DNA from: Lepidodermella squamata
Taxonomy: Eukaryota; Animalia; Gastrotricha
DNA length: 64,000 nucleotides
NCBI GenBank assembly: GCA_047495785.1
Contig: JBLDXI010000003.1
Coordinates: 4,278,001 to 4,342,000, forward strand
Reading direction: 5' to 3'
The notes below the pieces were generated by a model. It saw nothing but the letters and a program-made list of their open reading frames with translations, was not told the DNA's origin and did no database searches. Each line of letters opens with the position of its first letter. Position 1 is the stretch's first letter. This document shows, one piece after another, positions 1 to 12,205 of this stretch. The position numbers were made by a program, and so were the translations under genes.

Positions 1-209
1 GATTCCTCCTCATCGTTATTTTCCGGCTCAGAGCCAGATTCGTCGGCAGATTGCTCATCAGACGATTGCTCTAATGATTGGTCTTCGGACTGTGTTTCGT
101 CTTCCTCTTGTTCTTCCTCGGCATCTTCTCCGGAATCTTCATCGTAACTCTGTAAGGAAGTTTCGCTATCAGGCTCCTCATCGTCACTAGTCGCCTTTTT
201 TAACCTCAT
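1..209 (-). CDS. 5' part of an unidentified gene with a highly acidic N-terminus (runs off window start)
   Basis: ATG at 209 opens a stop-free frame to the window edge: MRLKKATSDDEEPDSETSLQSYDEDSGEDAEEEQEED...; no family-diagnostic motif visible. Confidence 0.6.
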   Translation of the reverse strand, partial: MRLKKATSDDEEPDSETSLQSYDEDSGEDAEEEQEEDETQSEDQSLEQSSDEQSADESGSEPENNDEEE

Positions 210-613
210 TTAATAAAATCACTAAGAAAATGAAGTTCAAATTTGCAAGTCTGAAGTTGAAGATTTAAACCGGAACGTCAGCAATTTATCGCTGGAAATG
301 CAGTTTTCGTTTAAAATTACCACATACCGTTAAAAATGTCCACTCAATTTTTTATTTCACATTTTGCTAATAGTTGTAGGTAGTAAAATTACTGGTGCAA
401 TAAATTAGGGATGAGATCTTTGAATATCACATTGAAGAATTAATTCTCAGGCAAGAAACAAAAACTGATCACAGGCTTTTGATTTTCGGATCAAATGAAG
501 AGCAGTTGGCGAACATCGTAACAAAAATCAGTCAAAAGCATGATATAAAAGCTATCACAGATGCTAAAACAGATCGTCTCGTTTTCTACGGAGAGACACG
601 CCAACTCGTTGCA

Positions 614-3600
614 CTAGTACTTTTTAGAGACGAAAGTGATTGATTTCGTGGCAACTATAGTTCTACGGTTGGAGACATCAGGCGATTCATCGTCGACGTC
701 GCTGTCATCACCTCTAACGCTGTTCTCCTCGCTAGGGCTCGAGCTGGACGAAGAGCTTTCGTCACAGCTGGTACCGAGACCGATATTTCGAACAGCGCCC
801 GAAACGTTCAATCCCAGCCGGGCTGCGGTGAGGTTTGAAGGAGTAGCCGGGTAAGAAGATCCGGATGCAACCGATGCGGCGCCATTCACGTTCTGTTGTT
901 GCTGCTGGACGGCCATCAGCGCCTCGCCATACCTGGTGTTCGGCATGGGGCAGCCTCCCATCGAAGCGAGGAGGGGTTCGAAGCACCGGCAGAGGTCAGA
1001 TCCGATTTCCTGCAAGTGAACCGGGGTTACTTGCTGACCTCGATAAGCGCCCTGGTCGAACCCGCAGAATGTAGCCTCCAGGGTGTAAGCCGCGATTATT
1101 CCGACCTGGCGCCAACAAACGACTCGAGCAGTTGGTTCTTTCGCCCGCTCGATCATGAAACAGCAGTCCTGAATGCTGAAACCTGGGCTGGTTGTCGCGA
1201 GCAGGCACGGCAGCAACCGCCACCTTGAGTCCTCCTCGCCGGTGACTGGGTCGACAGCTGGGTTGGCCAGATCTCGACGCCGCCACGATTGGTTGGGTGA
1301 GCAGCCGAGGACAAAGACATTCTTCTTACGAGAATGGCCGTGGAAGTCGACGAACGTTAGAATTTGGCGACGTCTGAAGCGCAGCCACGCTAGCAGGCGT
1401 TTACAGTGGAAAATCGACGGCGCGGTGATGGGCGACGGTCGAGTCCATGAACGGTTGAGGTCATCGCCGTAAAGAGAACACCGGTGATTGCCGTTTAATA
1501 CACCATCCACGTTCAGCATTGGAACGATTTTGAAAATGAAACCCTGCCGGCACCTCCGAGCAGACTGCGTGTCGCTGAGAAGGAAATTAAGCACTCCCCG
1601 CATCATCCAACTGCTATTGCTTTCACCTATAGGGGAAATGAAATGAACCACCTTAACAATTCGTAGCAAAAAAAACCTACCAGGATGAACTCGAGATGTT
1701 AGCACTACATACGGCCGTTGTTGCTGAGACTTGTAGGCCGCATTGGACGTGAGGGAAGCTAACAGGGCGGGCATGCCGTTGTTATTGTTTGACAGCGACG
1801 ACTGTTGCTGAATTCCCGGCAAAGACGACGAAGAAGAGGACATTGCAGGGCTCAATGTTGACGAAGTGATCGTAATTATTGGCACGGCATTAGACATTTC
1901 TGATGAACACAGCGTTTGGCAGGTGTAATAGACATCACGCGGCAGGACGCGGTTCTGAATCAATTCAAGCTCGTACATCAACGCGGTATAAGAATACGGG
2001 TAGTGATAAGCCAGGTAAACCACGTCGTAACTATGATCGAATGACACGGTGAAAGTCAGGGTGTAGTAAGAAACTGCAGGTAGCGGCCCACTCGGGTGCT
2101 GGTAGAAATTTTTGTAGTAGCAAACGTCGTAACCAACACGGCGCCAATTAGCTCGGCCCAGCGCTGCTTCCGTGACCGAAAAGGCCAAAACCTGCATGCC
2201 CTTTTCGAATTGCGATTTCGGCTTCTCGCAATTTAGAATATTGAAGCGGATAGGTTGGGAGCCATTCGGGGTGTTGTAAACCTCGAAATAGAACCACTGC
2301 AAATGGTGATTAGTTGAAACGTCAGGGGTCAAAACCAGGTCATATTCGAACTCGCGAACGCGAATCGCTCGACGAAGGTTGCCACACTCGAACATCGAGT
2401 TGAACATCAAACTGCTTTCGCCATTAGGCGCCGGTCTGCCGATTCGCTGCAAATCATCATTGCCGAGTTGGGGTGGAGCTGTAGGCCCAGATCCCATTCC
2501 AGTGTTGCTCCTCGACAGCGACGGTTGTTGCTGTTGGGCTTGCTCGTTCTGAAGGACTAGAGAATCCAAGTCATAGACTACTTCGTTGATCAAATCACTC
2601 GACTTCGTGAGAAAACGATCGCAATCTGAAGCGACTAGTCGACGGATGTTCACACTGGGTAGGGCAAGTTGCGGCTCAGGCGCGTTTGTCGGCAACCAAC
2701 CGTTCAAACACGGGTAAGGAATCTTGTTCCAAACGGCTAGACGTTTGTTCGCGTTGTACAGCCTCGAGTAACGAGCCGTGTCGCGATTCGTCGAAAATCC
2801 TCCGACCGAGCTACCGCCATTCATGCTACTACTCAGTCCGTTACTATTTGCGTTCACGTGCTCGCCGATAAGGGATAGTGGTAGAAATGAAGAGATGCGA
2901 CTGGTTGGAGGGTTGCTATCCCCGCTGACTGAAGAAATCGTCATAGAGTTGGTCACATATCCGTATGTTTCCTGCTGTGGCACGCTCAATTCCGAGCCTC
3001 GTCGAGATAGCAGAGCCTTGCCTGATTTCCGCATCTGCTGCGTCGAACTCATGCTATTACTACTAGTGTATTTTCGAACGAATTGGAAATTTGGATTAGC
3101 AGCCGGGACGTTCAGTCGAACAGCTGGGTCAATGGTATCGGTAATGCTGCCACTACTGCTACTGCTCATCGCATTTGGGCCGTTGTTATTAGCAGCGAGT
3201 AACAGTGGGTCAAGGCTAGCCGGGCCTTCAGTAGTCGGGTTACTGCTGCTAGTCATCGCTGTGTTAGTCAAACTCAGGTCTCGTATCTCGGGGAAGAACA
3301 TGTCGTAAGAAGCCAGAACCACCGGGTCCGATTCGAGAGGCGCGGCCGTGATAGCGGCGTCAGGGTTTCCTGGTTCTCTATTCGCAGTGTCATTCGCCCC
3401 GCAATCGCTGTCAGAATCGTCGCCATTAGTGACACACCCCGCGTCGTTTTGGTCGTCGGCCATGTTGCCGCGCAGAAAACGGTGGCTGCTAATGACGAAA
3501 TCCGCTTCCTCGGCGTAATCGTCATCCGCCACGTCTTCCTCTTCGCTCGACACCGGCGATTCGTCGTCTGTGGAAGGGTGCAGTAACAACTGACGGGGCG

Positions 3601-5198
3601 GTACTGTCAAATTCTGAGAGCTGCCACTTGGCGACGCGCCGGCGACAGATCCGAGAAGTGAAGGAGCCAGTCTTCGAGACGTTTTCATCGTGGTTGGAGC
3701 TCGCGAAATGTTTTCAGGAGATTGAGACGAATCGAACGAGTAGGGTGAATGCAAATTCGCAACAGGCAAACGCCGCGTTCCAGCGCTACACTTGATGATG
3801 CCCATCGCAGAAAGAACTAAATGCTAAAAATTTATTGCTCTGATAAAGTGATAGAAAAGTATGATTTACATAGTCCATCAACTTCCTGACGGCCAGGGAG
3901 TTCCTTTGAAATTTGGTAAAGAGTCTGAACCGCCCCGCACTGAACAAGGGTTGATCGACCCGCACGAATTTGAGTGACCATAAGCAAGCAACGAAGAATT
4001 AGTCTGCGAACTTGCAGCTGTCGGCATCGCGAATCCGAGCGATGAACGCTCTCGAATGTCGTCAGCAGTGTGTTGACGCCACCGGACTGGACGAGCCGAA
4101 CGCAGTTGCTGGACGATTTTAGCAACGACGCCAGCAATTCGAATGCTAGTTTCAACAATCGCGTTTGTCTTGGCATTAAGCTACCGATCAGCCGGTGCAT
4201 CAATGTGACACAGCCGTTCGATCCGAGCATTTTCAAATTTTTCGAGCTATTCAAATAGAATCGGAGGCAGCACAAGAGTACGGGTAGAGCTTTTCGGTCG
4301 AGAAAAAGCGTTTTCGCCGCCAGAAGCGTTCCGAGAATCGCCCCGGTCGCTCTTGCCTTGGTGTTGTATCGCGAATCGAGCGGAAAAATTCGACAGGCCA
4401 GCTGGTGAAGAGCGATTGCGACCTGGGGTGAACACTGAAGCGCTGAGCCAGAGTTGTTATTGCCCCCACCTCCGTTGCTACTCGACGCGCCGCCACACGA
4501 AACGTTGTAAGATTGCTTGCCGGCTACGACGTCGGCCGACGAAGCGCCCATGAATGAACACTGAACAGAAAGTGACATGGCCAAAGACATGGGCGACGAG
4601 TCAGACTGACCGGCTGCTTGAGCTAGAAATTCAACGGCTATGAGATCAAGTTTTATGGACCAATGTAGCAACTAACCAGGAGTAAAAGCACTGTTCGACG
4701 ATAAACAGCAACAAACTCGGATTTGGCAAAGCAAAGCCAGAGTGAGTCCACATTGCACCAATAGCTTGGCGGCTCGCTTTGAAGCGAGCAATTCGCCAAA
4801 AAGTTGAGACAGAAGCAAAATTGTCGACGAATCTCGGCAATCCTGAATTCAAGCATTCAGCTCTCAATTCAGAATTCTAAAATTTAAACTCACTTGAAAA
4901 ACACAGACAAGCTTCTCCATCAACTTGATGTCTAAGCAAATCGAATCTCGAATGTCTTTCCACTGGGAGGTTCCAGTCGCAGCCAAACCAATTGACGGCA
5001 GGTACTTCATCAGCCATGTTTTGAGCTGAGTTGCGGATTCTTGTTGGTAACTGTCCGTCAAGTTCTTCGCAACAATCGTTCGAAGCGCTTGAACTGACGT
5101 GGCTGCTGAGCTTTGCTTGGATGGGCTAAAGATTTAATAATTTTTCACCTTATGAACTAAAAGATTCTACGAGGAAATTACCTGCGATGTTTCCCCAT
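614..5198 (-). CDS. AGTPBP1: Cytosolic carboxypeptidase 1 (tubulin deglutamylase, M14D) with N-terminal armadillo-like region; 6 coding exons
   Basis: Motifs FECGNL, WFYF, YHYPYSYT, RVHPG|E (intron 1627-1680), DLNR, DFHGHS, YTLEATFCG. Exons joined in frame by GT-AG introns from MGKHRS at 5198 through 5125-4894, 4842-4677, 4637-3870, 3816-1681, 1626-614. Usual NPDG reads NVDG. Confidence 0.9.
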
Positions 5199-5306
5199 CG
5201 CTGAACGATCTCCGCAAAATCTCACAGTTAACGTAAAAACATTCTACATGAAAGCAAATGAAAAGCAAATGAAACTGAATATATATATTGATTCAGGCAA
5301 AACAAA

Positions 5307-8126
5307 TTATTGCTTTGAGCTCTTTTTGAAACCCTTTTTGAAAGCGCCCTGCCTTGAGCCGGGTTTTCCCTTGGAAGCAGCAGTGCCACTATTTTGAGCA
5401 CCATTCTGAAATTTCTTGCCGAAATTTTTCTTCTTATTACGCCAATCAGGCCGTTTGCTGATAGACATGATTCCGCCCTTGTGTTGAGTCGCAAGCGACG
5501 ATTCAGAGTCAACGGCGTTAATGTTCCGCTTCTTCCACTGGGAGTACTTGTTTGACTTGAGACTTTTAGGAATCCATTTTCCTGTCGACTCAGATTTAAC
5601 GCGGCACACCGTGCCGTCCGATTTAGTCGCTAAGTCGATATTAATGAATTTCTTAGCCTTCCTGTGCCATACGCGAACCAATCGTTTGTCGTTTCCGTCA
5701 TCCAAAGTGCGCCTTCTATTCAGACGCTCATCGTCTACTATGTCCATAGTAGCCGATGCTATCGACTGACTCGCATCGTTCGATAAGCGGAACTCCGCGT
5801 CGACGCGTTGATTTGTCGGCACATACGGCACAAAAAACTCGGAATTGTCAGTTTTCGTCTTCTTCGCTTTCGTTTTCTTTCCAGGTGGAGTACCATTTAC
5901 GACGCCAGTCTAAAAATTAAAGTAGTAATACTCAAACACGGACGTCATGAGAAACTACAAATTTTAAACGAATTTTATGCATAGCACTGTGTTAAAGCTT
6001 CAGAAAATAATTAAGTCCAGCTTAAGAAATAAGGAGGCGAAATAATTTTCGCTTCAACACAGTACGCGTTTCTACTTCTATTCTCTTGGTGCACAGATCT
6101 GCAGCACTGTCTCACCTTAGTGTCGATTTCACGAAGATTTTCTTCCAAATCGTGGTCTTCTTCTTCCTGTTTAGGCAATTCTCGTTTAGGAGCATGACGA
6201 GCCTCCTTAAATTTTGCCATTTGGTTGCAAATCTGTTTCGATGAGGTCGAAGTCAATGCCACAAATGCCTGTATGTATAAATCACAATCGTATATTCAAG
6301 CTGGAAGTAATCCTTCTCGTTATCGCACCTCTTTCGGCCTGTAGCCACGTATTTGATGAAGAAACTTTTCCTTTGCGTAATTAATAGTATCTGAGCAAAC
6401 ACAAGTGGATAAGATTAAAAGGCTGAACGTTTAGAATTCAACCTACCAGAAAACATTGAGTGGATCGGAGGGATTCCTCCAGAGACGAGCTTTTTCGACT
6501 GCTTCACCGACTCGGGCGAGGGCGGTGTGCGCAGGCGGAGGTACTTGTCCATAGCATTGTGCATGGCTTTGATCATTTGCTCGATGTCCGGATCATCTGA
6601 TGCGATCCGTTTTGAAATGGTGTCAACTGATCCATCGATCAATGAACGCGGGCAACTACCCAGCTCTACTGCGTCATCTTCCTTTTCCTAAGTAACAAGA
6701 ATTAATAAAAAAAACTCTATCTATCGGAACCCAAGTAGGAACCTTGGTCTTATCTGAATTCTCAGTCGAAAGCTTCACAGCTTTTCCAAGGAATGTGTTC
6801 AGATCAATAAGATAGGGAATTTCGTCAATAGATAGCAGCGAGAAGGCGATACCACAACGACCAGCGCGAGCAACACGGCCGACTCGATGAATGAAAAGCT
6901 TCGGCTTAGCAGGGAAATTGAAGTTGATGACAGCGTCTAGCTCGGGTATGTCGATACCACGGGCAGCCACGTCTGTTACGATCAAAACACTAGCCTGATT
7001 CATTCTGAACTTGGCCATGTTAATTTTCCTGGCAGTCGGATCCATTGACGAATATGCGTAAGTTGACGTAATTCCACAGCTGGACAGAACCGTGTGAACA
7101 TAGTCCACGTGATACTTTGTCGCCACAAAAACAACGCAAGATGCGCGACGACTCGAGTCAAACTCGAGAATAGTATTCAAATTCTTGAGCAGGTAGAGCA
7201 AAACTGACATTTTGTCGGCCGAGGACACCAACAGATGACGAAGTGCCAACTGTGGGCTTAGTTTCGTATCCACGTCAAGACGTATAAGTTTCGGATTATG
7301 CAATCCCGCTGCAACAAATTCGGCCACGGCACTTGGCAAAGTTGCCGAAAATAACAAGGTCTGCCGATCGACGGAAGATCGTGATAAAATCTCACTAACT
7401 TGAGATGAAAAGCCAAGTTCGAAAAGCCTATCCGCTTCGTCGAAAACCAAGTAAATGATTTGCGATAACTTCAGTTCCATCTCTACCATGATGTGAAGCA
7501 ATCGTCCAGGTGTAACTATCAAGCTAATGATCATTTTCAACTTCGATTATGAATGACTGTAGTTATTGGATGACTTACATATCTGGTTCAGAATGCAGCA
7601 AAGTGAACTGATCCTCCAATCTATCTCCTCCAATAATCACCGCAGTCCTGAGATCCGTGTATTTTCCAAGCTAGAGAATATAACTTATCGTCCGAATTTT
7701 CTCCATTTATTTTCAAACTTACTTCTTTTACAAATCTAGCTGTTTGCAGAGCCAAATCACGAGACGGCGAAATAATCAACGCTCTAGGCCCGGAACCTGG
7801 TAAATGCTGTTTCAGCTTCTCGAACATTGGTACGAGAAAAGCAGCTGTTTTGCCGGATCCAGTTCGAGACATGCCGACGACATCACGGCCCGCCATAATA
7901 TGAGGAATGCACTTTCTCTGAATCGGTGTGGGCAGGCGATAACCCCGCCGCAGAATTCCTTTCATAATTGCAGGTGATAGACCCATTGACTATGGATTGC
8001 AGCAAAATGTACAAATTTATATTTTGCGTAAAAGCAACTAACTTTAAACGCTCCATATTTCAGCTTTTTGGACGAAGACTTCGTCTCGATTTCCTCATCC
8101 CCACTGTCGCTATCGTTGTCAGACAT
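5307..8126 (-). CDS. DDX54: DEAD-box RNA helicase DDX54/Dbp10, multi-exon
   Basis: Q motif (GYRLPTPIQ), GSGKT, DEAD ([13 protein letters not shown]), [13 protein letters not shown]; DBP10-type C-terminus ([23 protein letters not shown]); first exon [12 protein letters not shown] at 8126-8043. Confidence 0.92.
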
Positions 8127-8277
8127 CGCGGTATATTATTTAAATAGAACTAAGGAATAACAACACAGGTGAGTTAGGATTCTTCGCAATATTTATTATT
8201 TTGTAGCAGCTTTCTGACGTCTCTCACTGGAAGAACTCAACACCATTTCAAAAAGACGGCGACAAGTTTAACGATCT

Positions 8278-8999
8278 TTACTCGGGGCCCATGAGGCGCT
8301 TCTGGCGCTTCAACTTCTTCTGCGAAATCTTCTTCTTGGCTGGTTCTTCAGCGCGGGCCTTTGCGACGGCCTGTTCACGCTCGGCGAGGATGAGCTAGCA
8401 AACCATTAATATTTAGCATCAAAATAAAGTTTTCTGAGCGTAAACAAACTTCAATATGGCAGGGGCTGCACATGTAAGGATTGATGCGACCGTGGGCGCG
8501 ATAAGTCCTCCTCCTCATCTTGGGAGCCTCGTTGACCTGAATGTGCTCGACGACCAAGTGGTCGGTGTCCAAACCCTTGAACTCAGCGTTCGATTCCGCA
8601 TTGCGGAGGAGTTGGAGGAGGAACTCGGCGCTCTTCTTCGGCCAGCGACCTTGGGTGGTACCCCAGTGCTTCGCTTGAGCATGGCGACCGACGTGTCCGT
8701 TGAACCGGCGGAAGGGAATGATCTCTTTGTGGGCCAGAACGTTGCGCAAATATTGAAGCGCGCGGTTTAAATGCATGCCGCGGATGGCATGGGCGGTTTC
8801 CCTAGTGTTCTGTAATGATATAACTTAACAACTTATGAAAAGAAAACATCTCAATTGACTTGCCTTGAAATGAACGCGCAAGTGCGAACCGCGAGCCTTC
8901 GCAGCTATAAGAAAAAGTCGGTGGTAATTCAACTGAATGCATGAAAAGAAACTTACATTTCGCTGCGTTTTCAGGATCCTTTGAATACCTTGGTGCCAT
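8278..8999 (-). CDS. RPL17: 60S ribosomal protein L17 (uL22), 4 coding exons
   Basis: [14 protein letters not shown]...[11 protein letters not shown]|[12 protein letters not shown]...GRWPKKSA...[22 protein letters not shown]...KRLMGPE*; intron 8810-8863 is GC-AG. Confidence 0.96.
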
Positions 9000-11182
9000 T
9001 TAAACCAAGAAACTACTATAAATAAACAATAAACGTAAATTTACCATAAGTACATCAAAGAGAAAAATGCTTCTAAATACACAGCATATACGTTTCACTT
9101 AATCATTATAATCATCATGCAGTCACGACAAGATTCTTGAACTCGTGAAATTGAGCATGTATTTCAAGTTGATTACCCCTTAGAGACACAGGAAACACGA
9201 GTATCATAAATCAAAAACCCTAGCAATCGCTGCGAGGCGATTCCAAACAAGCTAAGAACAGGAATTATACAACCAATATCCGCTAGTCCATGACATACAT
9301 CACTCGATAACGTTGAAAGCAGCCACCTTCAATTCACCTAACATGAGTGAAAAGACCATTTCTTCACGTATAAGAATGAAAATATAGCAATCGCGATAAC
9401 TTTTTAATTCCTTTTCATCGACCAATCCACGACATACATCACTCTATTCAAGGTTCAAATCTGCATGGTAAAAATTTGCATTTCAGTTTTTTTGAATATT
9501 TCCATGTATCAAACATGCAAAGTCTGAGAATTGATAAAATATCGTGAAGCCTGTCAAATATCATCAATTGTGAATCGATTGAAGTTTTTAACGAAAAACA
9601 GTTTTCGTTAGATAAATCAAATTCAACCAACAAATGAAGCGATTTCCTTAGAAACAGCAAAATCTGCTTCGTCAATTATAATAAAATTCTGGATTTCAAA
9701 GCTTTTCCACGAGTGCTGGGGTTAAGAATCTAGATGTGATGAAAAGTGGCGACATCTCTATCGCCTTCGGAAGTTTAAAACAAGAGAAGGTTAGACCTTG
9801 GATCCCATCAACCTCTTTGACAATAACACTGATCAATCTCAAAGGGTCGACGGTCGACAATGAAAAACGCGACCCCTATTAGGGCCACTCAGCAGCAGGT
9901 TAATTCTAGATAGAGTTCGAAACATAATCCCGTTGCCATTGCCATCCCATACCTAAACCAAATCCTAAACCTTAATCTGGTCCCCTTGGCCCACTCATTT
10001 AAATTTCGGGAGTAAAATGCCTGTCTAAGTTCATAGCTTACACCTTATATGAAATACTGCAAAAACGATTTAGGCATCAATCATCAATTTTAACAAGTAA
10101 CAATCAGTTAATAATAAGAGGATCGGCAAGACTATGTTGTTGTACTTTGAAAACAGTTTTTCAAAATTAGCAGGGAATCCTCGCACAATTGCAGGACAAG
10201 AGGCCAATGAGCTCAGGTATTTTATCTGGATGAGAATCATTACCGGCTATGACGGTTGCCAAGCGGGAGTTAGGCACCAGCGATTCTACAAGCAAGATCA
10301 GCACCGCGCGCCGTTTATCGTCAACTTGGCGATTTGCGACGCGGGCACGGTGGTCAATTGATTGTGGCCTATGATATTGTTTAATATATAGAAATCGTTA
10401 AAAATTAATTTCGAGTAATTTTATATAAATTTACGCAGAAGACACGCGTTTCGAAAAATCGGCGGCCGCTAAGGGTTTTCGAAGCAAGAGCCTGACCTCT
10501 CTTGACGTTGAACCTGGTTGAGGCTTGGACTTGGCACTTGGCAACTGACATTTGAACTGGCAGCATGGCGGTGGGTCTCCAGGTGACCGATTTCTATTGC
10601 TAGACTAGATAATGAAGAAACGCGGATTTTTATATCTCATGTTACTTGTGGATTTGACCCTTGGAAGTTTGAAGTTTGAAGCGATTTAGAAGTTCGGAGG
10701 AGCGATGACCATTGCTTGTTATCCTTAAGTGCTAAAAGTTAGCTTAGTAAGTGAGGGAACCTCTGCCATGACTATATTGACATGAGATGCTGGATCTGAG
10801 TTTACGAGAGGTAATTATGACAGGTCTCATTCTTGGAGAGCATCGTTATTGAATGTGTGCTCCATCTCTTTCCTTTTACAACTTCAAGCACATTAGCTCA
10901 TTCCTTCTATGAAAATAGCTGAACTGGGATGGAGTTTAATACATGGATGTATGTTGGATGACTGCCCAGTTTTCCTTCTCGTCCCTGATCGGCGATCACA
11001 ATTCCCAACTCCTGTCTCATGCTCATCTTTTGCATCGCTCTGTTTTTCGTTTATTTATTTATTGAAACCATTTCTTCATTCAGGAGACAGCTGCTGAACG
11101 ATGCATTGGCTCCCATTTGAATATTTGAATATTTTATAGGAGTTTATTTTAGATCAGTTAGCTTTTCGCTGATCACGACACA

Positions 11183-12205
11183 ATGCCTGAGTAAGATAGT
11201 GTTAACTGTGCTGATATATTTTGAATGGTTTTTTTTAAATAATAGGCCAGCTAAGACTGCCACCCAAAAAAGGCTGCCCGCCGCTCCGGAATCAGTCCTT
11301 AAGCGCCGGAAGACCAAAGAAAGCGCTGCCAAGAAAGCGATCGTTCGACGCCTCAAGGCGAGGAAGGTAGGGTGCTTTGAGAAGTTAACTAGCTTTTGTA
11401 TTTTAGAATGTTGCTCCCTAGGCTCATGTATTGAAGAAGCGGAAGATTTTCAAGCGCGCTGAGAAATATGTTGTTGAGTACAAGCGCAAACAGAAGGTTC
11501 AGAAACGCTTGGCTAAGATGGCCCAAAAGGACGGCAACTTCTACGTCCCTGACGAGCCTAAGTTGGCTTTTGTCATCCGTATTCGCGGGTAATTTATCTA
11601 AAGAATCTATGATTTCCATATTAATTTTCGACCATGCGTAGTATCAATGGCCTTCACCCTCGTCCTCGCAAAATCCTTCAGTTGCTCCGTCTTCGTCAAA
11701 TTAACAATGCAGTCTTCCTTCGCATCAACAAGGCGACGCTCAACATGCTGCGCATCTGCGAGCCCTACATTGCCTGGGGGTATAAATTATCTCATTATTG
11801 GCGATATATTTTTTTAATATTTCCGCTGATTATAGATACCCCAATCTTAAAACTGTTCGTGAATTGGTGTACAAGCGAGGCTTTGCGAAGATCAACGGTC
11901 AGCGCATTCCTATCACCAATAACGAATTGATCGAGAAGAAGCTGGGTAATTTATTTAATCCTGATTTCTCGGTCGATTAATTTCTACTTTGTTTAGGCAA
12001 GCGTGGCATCATTTGCGTTGAAGATCTTATTCACGAAATTGTCACTGTGGGCAAGAACTTCAAGCGTGCTAACAACTTCTTGTGGCCCTTCAAGCTTAAC
12101 AACGCGACTGGAGGCTGGCGCCAGAAGACTGTGCATTGGGTTGAAGGTGGAGACTTTGGCAACCGCGAAGACCTCATCAACAAGTTGGTCGCTCGAATGG
12201 TTTAA
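11183..12205 (+). CDS. RPL7: 60S ribosomal protein L7 (uL30), 6 coding exons
   Basis: Exons 11183-11190, 11246-11366, 11422-11588, 11642-11779, 11836-11945, 11997-12205 give [25 protein letters not shown]...[20 protein letters not shown]...[12 protein letters not shown]...[10 protein letters not shown]...[15 protein letters not shown]. Confidence 0.95.

Noticed and set aside
9736-9832. C box GTGATGA ... D box CTGA, and a CTCF-like GTGGCGACATCTCTA
   Set aside because: No recognisable rRNA or snRNA guide and no clear host intron; single motif matches are weak evidence.
9950-9980. CCTAAACC-like telomere-resembling repeats
   Set aside because: Only two degenerate units.
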